DNA of 12,307 nt. Source: Octopus sinensis (Eukaryota). Each line of letters starts with the position of its first letter. Position 1 is the first letter of the stretch. A program made the position numbers and the translations under genes. Under the pieces are notes generated by a model that was not told the origin of the DNA, searched no databases, and worked only from the letters and a program-made list of their open reading frames with translations. The stretch is taken from NCBI RefSeq assembly GCF_006345805.1, contig NW_021826633.1, positions 1 through 12,307 of the forward strand. Reading direction: 5' to 3'. Below are positions 1 through 8,128 of this stretch, in pieces.

Positions 1-957
1 ACCTCTTTGCTTATCAAACTTGCCCTTTTCCTTTCCGGAGACATTGAACCAAATCCTGGCCCCATCAAGAAGAACCTATTACGTATCTTGCAGATCAACA
101 TCAATGGGATTGGTCATAAGACTGCTAAACTTTGTTCCTTCCAGGAGAAGCACGACGTGGACTTTGCTTTGGTGCAAGAAACGAAGCTCTCGGCCAAAAA
201 TTGCTTGCCAGATTTCCCTGGTTATTCTTACATCCGTCGGGACAGACCGGGCTCCGTAAATGGGGGTGGTTTACTAACTCTTATCAGAAAATCCATCCCG
301 TTCATTAACTGTACCTCCCAAGCTTACTCGCAAATTGACAACGATCCAGTGATTGAAATGACAGCTATAACTGTCTCTACAGGGTCATCAACCAGGAGAC
401 TCATCAATATGTACGTACCTCCTCACTCGTCATGTCCTCATGGATGGACCCCTTCTATTCAAAACCTCCAGTCCCTCAGGAATGTCATTATTTGTGGTAA
501 TATGAACACAAAGAGCCCGTTATTGCTAAAAAATCAATCTCTCAACTCAAGAGGATTTCTACTATTCGACCAATTTGATGGTTTAGTCATCCTCAACAAT
601 CCCTCATCTCACACCAGAACACCGTCAAGAAAAGGCAACGCAATTTCCTCTCCTGACATCTCGCTGTGTACTCCAATTCTGGCCCCTGTTACTTATTGGA
701 AGGTCATTTAACACCTAAATTCTGATCACAACCCGATTATTATTATTGAGAATGCCCTAAAATCCAACATCGACATTCAACGCCGTAGTTATATGAATTA
801 CAAAAAAGCTTCCTGGGACGACTACCGTCTTGCTCTAGAAAAATCACTGAATGATTTCGACATTATCAACTTTCGTTCGACTAACGCAGCAGTCAATTAT
901 TTAAATGCACTTCCTTCGCTCCGCAAAAAATTTGTCATTCACCCGGAGGTCCTATAA
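1..957 (+). pseudogene. APE endonuclease / start of ORF of a non-LTR retrotransposon, probably Ingi/Vingi-like; disrupted
   Basis: Frame open from base 1: LRILQININGI, VQETKL, GGGLLTLIRK, NMYVPP, GNMN (normally GDxN), SSPDISL; in-frame TAA at 709-711 followed in the same frame by HLNSDHNP and NYKKASWDDY; next stop 955-957. No RT follows. Confidence 0.9.
31..63 (+). other. 2A-like ribosomal StopGo motif LSGDIEPNPG/P
   Basis: Exact match to D(V/I)ExNPGP, preceded by a hydrophobic run (LLIKLALFLSG), immediately N-terminal to the APE domain. Confidence 0.8.
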
Positions 958-1068
958 GAGCAACCTGGGAGGACGCTGTTGTTTCTGCAAGCTGCTGGTC
1001 TCATAATCTAATGTGAGATCGGAGTTACGCTACAACAACAATTAAAGACCTCCGGAGCCTTCTATACC

Positions 1069-1258
1069 TTTCCAAGTTCAATATGGGAATTTCCAAATTC
1101 AATATGGGATTTCCAAGTTCAAAGTGGGATTTTCCAAATTCAATATGGGATTTCCAAGTTCAAAGTGGGATTTTCCAAATTCAATATGGGATTTCCAAGT
1201 TCAAAGTGGGATTTTCCAAATTCAATATGGGATTTTCAAGTTCAAGGATTTTCAAGTC
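1069..1258. repeat. Tandem array of 20/21-bp units with 41-bp higher-order periodicity
   Basis: 8 full units plus 2 partial; alternating (t)tttccaaattcaatatggga and tttccaagttcaaagtggga from 1090 to 1232; no spacers. Confidence 0.97.
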
Positions 1259-1304
1259 GGTTATTGAATTCATTTATTATTTTAAAATCGCCTTACATTA
1301 CAAA

Positions 1305-1770
1305 ATGTACGTTAATAAAAAGAAAGAATTAGCTGAAAAAAGAAAAAATTTGTTGACCGTTTACGAAAATGATGGGGATTGGAATCAAGTTACATGTTCT
1401 CTCGGAATAAGAAGAACAACTGCATACAGGTGGATAAAAGAAGGCTTTAAGGATGATTTAAGAGGTGGTTTTCGATATTCAAAAATTTCAAATACCGTAC
1501 GAGATTATATGCAAGAAATGGTCGAGTCAAATCCGAAAATTACTTGCAAACAATTGGCTGCAGAGATCCAAGATAAGTACGAAATAAAAGTGTCAGGTGA
1601 GTGCGTTTGCCTGCATCTTGATTCGCTTATGTATACTATAAAAAAACATATGATTCGAACCTGAAAAAAACAACTCAATGCAGAACAAAGAGAAGCGCAA
1701 AAGATTTTGTGAAAAGCTGCTTGGTTATCAAGCAATGGAAATTCCGATTCTTTTTATGGACGAATCCAAG
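1305..1770 (+). pseudogene. IS630/Tc1-mariner superfamily transposase, N-terminal half (HTH, HTH, first catalytic Asp), 3'-truncated
   Basis: ATG 1305; LGIRRTTAYRWIK, RGGFRYSKI, ESNPKITCKQL, HLDSLMYTIK; after a 1-nt shift in the A-run at 1640-1646 and a TGA at 1651-1653: FEPEKNN...KRKRFCEKLLGYQ...IPILFMDES (D at 1759-1761). Similarity stops there. Confidence 0.85.
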
Positions 1771-1921
1771 GACTATTGCCTTCTTTATTAAATTACAAGG
1801 ACGTAACATTTTAATTTTTTCGTTTGATATAAATATTTAATAATTAATGGATTAAATTCTAACTCTGAATTGAAATTGACTTTATTGACTTATATTCTCT
1901 ATCGTCCACCATTTCGTATTC

Positions 1922-2033
1922 AAATCCAATGTAATAGTTGTACAGTGAGAGAGCATATTCATTAATTGCTTTCAGTTTTTATTGCTAACCTTTCAATTCG
2001 CGTCGTTACTTCTAAAAGAATTTTTTCAGCATG
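1922..2033 (-). pseudogene. Possible non-LTR RT C-terminal (thumb) fragment resembling R4/Dong-like elements
   Basis: Minus strand HAEKILLEVTTRIERLAIKT, then after a frame change KAINEYALSLYNYYIG; resembles the remembered pattern RVERL..TKLN.KN..KAINxxAxxxxxYxxG. Short and frameshifted. Confidence 0.45.
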
Positions 2034-3034
2034 TATTTATATTTTCCTTTCAAATCTTATATATATTTCCTTTTTCTTTTTTGATTTTTTTAATTCTCAC
2101 AGTCTATCTTGTTTTATTTTTGACACTCGTTGTTAATTTATTTTCTCGGAAATCTCCTATTCTTATGTATTTAGCCAAAACTTGTGCAATAATTAACCAT
2201 ATAGACTCTATAGTAAACTATGAGGTCTTTAGTGTCCAATTTAGATTTTTGCTGTTTTACCGGAATTTCTATAATCCCATTGTTGTTCCATCAGAAAAGA
2301 GTAATTCTTGCAAGAATTCCTAAATTCGCTAGTTTTTGTGTGGCTCCTATACTCTGTGAGCTGATCAACTTTGTACAAACTGGCACTTTTTTCATGCGTT
2401 TTTCCTGGGTATCTTTTCGACCCTGGGCACAAGAATAGCCTTATAGGATGGAAAGCTTGCTTTTCAAAAGTGGAAAATCGTATGTTTGGAACGCAATCTA
2501 GACAGATATCTACGCTGTTCCCCTCGGCATTAAAATTGCCGTGCATGAACGATTTTGTTAAAGATCAAGAATGGAACTCCATCAAGACCTATGACTGTCG
2601 CAACAGCAACAAGGTATTCCAAAGGATGTCATTTTTTATCCTTCGAGGTAATTAAATCCCTTCCATAGCTGCTTTATAACAAAAACTAGCACATTGAAAA
2701 AACCAGAGGCCCGTAAGTGATTAGGATTTCGCTTACGTCAGCCACAGAATTTTTCAAGATTAAGAGGTTTTTTTTGTCTTGCAAGTTTTCTTTTTATTGT
2801 AGTGCGGCTGTTTCGACGATAGATAAACTATTTATATGGATTAATTCCCAACATATGCGAGTTAGTTTACTTTTTTAATTTGTTTGGTTTCGAATTTTTT
2901 GTTAATCTTCAAATCCTAGTAGCAAACGTTGGACAAAACATTGTAGTTCTTTACTGTGAGCGACTGATTATTAAAAAAAATATAATTAATACAGTTATAC
3001 ATAATAAAATAATTCACTTAAATATTTAGTTGTA

Positions 3035-3562
3035 ATGGCAATTAAACTGTTGCTCCTATTCAATCGGCAAGGCCGTATACGCCTACAGAAATGGTACGGA
3101 GCGTACTCGGATTTTGAGAAACTAAACTAAAAAAGAATTTGATTTCTCTGATACTTAAGTCGAACCCGGATTGGAATTTTGCAACTATTAATGACTACAA
3201 ACTAGCATTCAAACGGTTTTGTCTGGATTACTGAATGGCAGATATGGCAGCCTATATTTTGCAACAATTAATGACGCAGAGGACAATGAAATGCTAATTT
3301 TGGACATCATTCACAGATACGTGGAAATACTCGATAAATTCTTTGGATCAGTTGCTTACTTATTTATTATTCTAGGTATGCGAAATAGACATGATCTATA
3401 ATCTCCACAAGCACATTATCTCTTAGACGAGTATATTCTGGCGGGTCAGGTTCACAATTCGTCCGTTAGGGATGTTATTGAACGTGTTTTCTCGGCAAGA
3501 CGAGTTAATGGAAGTGATTTACTGTTCTTAAGATTTAGGATGATGTTTTCAAATATTTGTAA
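3035..3562 (+). CDS. AP1S1: AP-1 adaptor complex sigma subunit (4 exons: 3035-3215, 3242-3350, 3376-3513, 3539-3562); contains 3 single-base frameshifts as assembled
   Basis: Reconstructed: MAIKLLLLFNRQGRIRLQKWYGAYSDFEK/TKLKKNLISLILKSNPDWNFATINDYKLAFKR|YGSLYFATINDAEDNEMLILDIIHRYVEILDKFFGS|VCEIDMIYNLHK/AHYLLDEYILAGQVHNSSVRDVIERV/SRQDELME|DDVFKYL* (/ = frameshift, | = intron). LLF.RQG.RLQKWY and HRYVE.LDK.FGSVCE point to AP-1 sigma rather than AP-2/3/4 sigma. The symbol denotes the family, not the paralog. Confidence 0.88.
3216..3241 (+). other. Spliceosomal micro-intron, 26 nt, phase 2
   Basis: GT..AG (gttttgtctggattactgaatggcag); removal restores the conserved KR-YxSLYF. Confidence 0.9.
3351..3375 (+). 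other. Spliceosomal micro-intron, 25 nt, phase 0
   Basis: GT..AG (gttgcttacttatttattattctag); removal restores FGS-VCE. Confidence 0.9.
3514..3538 (+). other. Spliceosomal micro-intron, 25 nt, phase 0
   Basis: GT..AG (gtgatttactgttcttaagatttag); gives a 138-nt preceding exon and a short last exon DDVFKYL*. Protein conservation is weak here. Confidence 0.7.
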
Positions 3563-3650
3563 TGCGCCTTTCTAATTGACTTATTATTTTCAATATTTTA
3601 ACTCGATTACTTAAATATTTGTCGTCAATGTCTAAATTATATCCTTATTA

Positions 3651-4360
3651 CAGTCCGACCTTGAATTGGAACACTAAGTGTTCCAAAAACTGAGGTTTTG
3701 TCAAAAAATTAATATCAATATAAATTAATAATTTAATTAATGCAAAAAAGTCTTAAATATTATTATTTATTGAAAATAGTCATCGATCCTTTTTCCATAA
3801 CCATAATTTTTCTTCAAACTACTGAACAAATTTTGTCTGAAACAGTACAAATCATTTAACAAAATTGGAGCTATGTCTAGAACTGATTCTTCCAATTCAT
3901 TCACTTTGGTACTACTTCTTTGACCGTAGTCTGTTTATTTGCATACCACTGTAAAAAATTTCTTCATTATCGCTGCTTTCCGTATTTTCCAACACTTCGT
4001 CTACAACTTGTTCTATAACATCATCCGTCAGATATCAGAAACAACAAATATTTCATTGCCGAAAGTATTATCCCAACAATTTGTATTATTTCGGAGGATA
4101 CATTTTGCCACGATTTCGATACTATTATCAATGATTGGCGTAATTAATTTTTTTAAGTAAGTCGCAGTAAAAATCTTCTTCATCTATACAACAAATAATT
4201 CAATTAACGCCTTCGAATAATTATCTTTAAAAGCTTGATTATCCCATTATCCAATGGTTGAAGAATTGGAGTTGTATTTTTGGGTAAAAACAGCAATTCG
4301 ATATTTGAGAGCGATTTATTTTCATGACACAAAGCGTTATCAAGAATTATTAAAATTTTT
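3651..4360 (-). mobile_element. 3' part of a pogo/Tigger-like DNA transposon (DDE_1 transposase remnant 3767-4360 plus probable right TIR starting at 3651)
   Basis: Minus strand KILIILDNALCHENKSLSNIELLFLPKNTTPILQPLDNGIIK, SKSWQNVSSEII(Q)NCW, acidic tail, KRIDDYFQ* (stop 3767-3769), several frameshifts; plus strand TA then CAGT at 3649-3654, followed by a 21-nt palindrome at 3666-3686. Confidence 0.88.
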
Positions 4361-5429
4361 CACCGTCAGCTCCTCCAGGAAGATAGCGTCTTGCGGGTCC
4401 CAACACCGCTTTAGTTTACTTCCAAGTTCCTTTTTCACGAAGTAGTTGGATTGCTCTTCATTATCAATCGATTTTTGTACGAGAAGAGAACCTCTTTTTT
4501 CCATAGTCCTCCAGATAACTTCGAATAATGTTCCTCATTCTTTCATCCAAATAATTGATCTCGTCAAGATTTAGTATTCAATTCTGAGTATTTGCCAATT
4601 TCATTGACATATAAAAGTGAAAATGATTCCAATTAATGTTGCTGATATATGTCGCGAGCGCAGCGCGCGACCGAGCGCTAGACGCGACTTTATCAGCTAA
4701 CAAGCGGTCATCAACAAACTATATTTATTAATTATTTAAAATTTAACATGATTTAAAATTAAAATTGAAATAACTTAAGTTTTCCATTGAATCCTATAAA
4801 TAATTAGAAGTAGAACTTAATAGAAAAAGTAAAATCAATGAATACTGAACGCTAATTGGTTTAGGTTGTGAGGGGGGAATAATTTGACAGATCCATTGCT
4901 ATTTTTCGTTTTAATCTCTAAAATTAGGTCTTCTAATCAAAAATGAACTGTGCAGACAGGCTTTGCTCCTTCAGAAGATTCTGTTTTGACATTTTAATAA
5001 CTTAGGAAAGCATTTAGATTTTTTCTCATGATTTAAAATATCAATTATAATTTTAAAATATTATTTTATTTTATGAAATTAGCGTTTTAAAGCTATTCTG
5101 CTTGGCATCGATTTTAATTTTTGTTATCGAATATATTAAAACCAAATACCAGCCCGTTGTATTTGTCAATTTATAGATTGTGATGATTCGGATCTAGAAA
5201 ATTGAGTGGTCGCTCGCTGCGCTCGGTCGCTCGCTGCGCTCGCGACATATTATAACCAAGAAATACATCCTCAGTGAGAAATGCTCCCGTTCGTAGTTTC
5301 ATCGTTTGCGGAAGATGGTCACTCCCAACATCACACAAAACCACTTAAGGCATTTGCCAAGGAATATCAATCGAAGCTGTATCCAGAATAGTGATACTTC
5401 CAGACAAAATCAATCTTCTATACATGATC
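4361..5429 (-). pseudogene. Older non-LTR element (LINE B): APE C-terminus and linker, split by the MITE; probably continues at 11462-11520
   Basis: 5309-5332 encodes DVGSDHLP; after removing the MITE it reads on to NINWNHF...LDEINYLDERMRNII...GSKLKRCWDPQDAIFLEELTVK, which aligns by eye with EKKLRRCSDPIDRIRLRDKIRTVK at 12078-12152. Confidence 0.75.
4651..5246. mobile_element. Non-autonomous TIR element (MITE), 596 bp, ATAT target-site duplication
   Basis: 28-bp TIRs 4651-4678 and 5219-5246 (27/28 identical), built from a 17-bp unit; ATAT at 4647-4650 and 5247-5250; AT-rich interior with no ORF; excision restores LINE B continuity. Confidence 0.9.
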
Positions 5430-6698
5430 GCGGGAAGGAAGGAAAAAAGGAAGGAAAAATTTTATTTTAAAATAAAAGGCTGTTAGTGAGGGTATAATTA
5501 AGATCTTCGGCATTTCTGCCTTTTCAGTCCCGCACACACGCTCGCCTCTCAGCCGCAAACTAAGACTTACCGTCTTACCTGCCACCCAGACATTGTCTTT
5601 TCTAAGACCTCAGGGAGGCCATTGAGGACAATTCCTGGGTGTCCGTGAGCTCCACTCGCCATCCTAAGCCATGGGCTAGCCGGATGGCTCGTCTTCTGAC
5701 TTTCTTGAGCGCGTCAACGTACTTCTCTCGGTCCTCACAGAAGTGCCAGGCATGTACACCATAGGTCAACACGGTAAAACCATGGCGTTAAACACACGTA
5801 GCCAAGCACCTCTCCGCAGCCGGAAAGCACGCAACGCGCCTAATCGCTGCATTGCACGCATTTTCGTACGTGCAATGTGATCATCAAACTTACCGGACGG
5901 CTTAAAGAGCACGCCCAAATAAGTCATCCGATCAACTGCAGCAATTGCTGACCCGTTCAGCAATAACCTAGGAGCGTAATTAGTGTAACCCCTCGTCCTT
6001 TTACAGACTTTGAGAACACTGCACTTATCCGCACGCATCTTTAGACCCCTACTCCCACACCAGTTTACAAGTCCATCTACAGCAACCTGTAGCCTACGAC
6101 ACGCACACTCAGGTTTCATCGAGTGATCCCAGAGGATGATGTCGTCTGCACAAATTACAATTTCAGTACGAGCATTGACTGGCATGGGCGCAGATGCCAT
6201 AAAGACATTAAAAAGCGTGGGACTCAGCACAGAGCCCTGAGGGACCCCGCGAAGGACTGTTCTGACTTTAGAAAAGACCCCCTGATGCCGCACGACCTGT
6301 CCGCGAGATTCAAGGAACCCCGACAGCCAGCGCCTTAGACACGGAGAAACCCCACACGTGCGAGGGAGCTCCGGAGGCCGTCGTGCCACACCGAGTCGAA
6401 GGCCTTTTCGATGTCAAGACTAACTAGCATACCGCATTCCTTCTTCTGGAGGGCGCACTTCATCTCAGAAGACACCTTCCATAAGCAGTCTCCACACGAA
6501 CGACCCTCCCTGAAGCCCCATTGGAACTCAGGAGGGCATCAACCACCGTCAGCTCTCCAGGAGCATTCGGTGCATGATGATCCTTTCTAAAATTTTAGAT
6601 ACAGTGGGAAGCAAGGAAATAGGTCTGTATCCCCCGGGGACATCATGAGGCATCCTGGGTTTTCCGATAAGGATTACCTCAGCCACTTCCATCTAGAG

Positions 6699-8128
6699 CA
6701 GGCCTGGCCAACCCAAATCGCATCGCGGGCCACTTTGTCCAAATGAATCCTTTCCGCGGGCCGCATATACATGTACATACTAGGATAGATATCAAAACAA
6801 CACAGATAAGATTTATTTAGTAAAATAGCATTCAGTCCCAATTATACGTATCAATGAGATCTTTTTTCTTTATCTTCACTTAATTTTTTCAAATCAACTC
6901 ACAATTACTAGTTGCACATCTTAATTGGTTTTCTAAGTTTTTATCTGTTAAAGAAGATCTATATCTACTTTTCTAAACTTTAATTTCGAAAAGAATGATT
7001 CACATACGTAAGTAGATCCAAAGGAGCTTACAACTCTTTGTGCAAAATTTAAGTTGGGATTATTTTTCTGCAGTCACATATTTGTTATAAAGTCAATTTG
7101 GATATAGTAGGATAAACAAGTCTTAGTTCACTGTTGCACTGTAGGTCAATTATTTCCGTCTGCAAAGTATTTGAAACACATAGAAACGTCCACATGAAAT
7201 GGAGAAGAAAATGTTTCAAACATTTTCTCATATTTTTTTAGTTCCGAGAATCGACTGTCAAATGCTGCAGCAAGATTTTTTATTTCATCAGCGTACTTGA
7301 AGAAAGTTTTACAATGGCTGATTTTAATTGATTTAGCGTGGAAAATGTTGATCATTTCCATTTCTTATTTGACATTCAAACAATGACAATTTTATTCGAA
7401 TGCTTTGACTTGATGCATGCATTAGTAATCAAATTATCCTGTCCTTGTAACTCCTTGTTTATTGATTAATTTTTTCGGTTATATCTACCAAAAAGCACAG
7501 ATCTAGCATCCATTCTTCATCATTTAATTCAGTTAATGTCATTTTCTTATGCATCATAAAAACTTTTGATTTCTTCTCTCAAGTCGAAAAAACGTTTTAA
7601 ACATTTTCCGCGACTCAGCCATCTGACATTGGAAAAATACACAAGATCACCATAGTGAGAATATAACTCGTTCAATAATTCTTTAAACTGGCGATGTTGA
7701 AGTGCATGAGAACGAATGAAGTTTATAGTTCTCTTACAACACACACTCATAACATGGTTCATAGACAACACTTGCGCGCACAAATTGTGTTGATGTATCA
7801 AGCAGTGTATTACAATAAATCATTTTTTATGCTTTGACTCCATCTCATCCATTATTAGCTTTACAACTCCTTTATTTCTTCCAATCATAGCCGGCGCCCA
7901 TCTGTTGTCAATCCAGCAAGGTCTCTAAATTCGCTCAAAAATTTTCCTTTTCTTCATATTGATAACAGCTACAAAAATAGATAAACTTTAAATAATTTAT
8001 TAAACTTATAAAATTTATTTATTTATAAACTTAAGAAAATTTATCTTGAATGTATTTATAGGTTAACTACATACAAAATTTCTCTCGCGGGCCGCATGCG
8101 GCCCGCGGGCCTTGGGTTGGCCAGCCTG
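6699..8128 (-). mobile_element. Internally deleted hAT transposon (Buster/Charlie/SPIN-like), 1430 bp
   Basis: TIRs caggcctggccaaccc (6699-6714) and gggttggccagcctg (8114-8128, one G missing); exact 8-bp TSD atctagag (6691-6698, 8129-8136); subterminal cgcgggcc motifs; 22-bp perfect palindrome 8086-8107. Confidence 0.96.
6851..7957 (-). pseudogene. hAT transposase remnant (GTF2IRD2/EPM2AIP1/SPIN-like)
   Basis: MKKRKI start fused by a deletion to LAGLTTDG/PAMIG, HCLIHQHNLC, VRWLSRGKCLKRF, WMLDLCFLVDITEK, FGSTYVCESFFSKLK, SSLTDKNLENQLRC, ending SH* at 6851; many frameshifts. Confidence 0.93.

Noticed and set aside
709-711. Ciliate-type code (TAA = Gln), suggested by in-frame TAA here and at 10737-10739 together with tiny introns
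   Set aside because: AP1S uses only CAA/CAG for Gln and ends at TAA; the other coding remnants are not peppered with in-frame TAA/TAG.
1069-1258. CRISPR array
   Set aside because: Units are contiguous with no unique spacers, there are no cas genes, and the context is eukaryotic.
1083-1304. N-terminal extension of ORF 1083-1664
   Set aside because: It is just translation through the 41-bp repeat; transposase homology starts at ATG 1305.
1982-2323. Hydrophobic 'membrane protein' ORF
   Set aside because: A product of T-rich low-complexity sequence; the opposite strand carries the only recognisable motif.
3119-3130. Euplotes-style programmed frameshifting in AP1S
   Set aside because: The shifts are not at AAA-TAR motifs and go in both directions; homopolymer indel error is simpler.
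4400-4450. Gypsy RT-like motif (FVKKELGSKLKRCWD)
   Set aside because: Better explained as LINE linker, since it aligns with EKKLRRCSDP in the 12010-12307 fragment and follows an APE SDH motif.
5460-5477. 18-bp palindrome ttttattttaaaataaaa as a terminator or functional hairpin
   Set aside because: All A/T and weak, expected by chance in this composition; kept only as the AATAAA context of the LINE tail.
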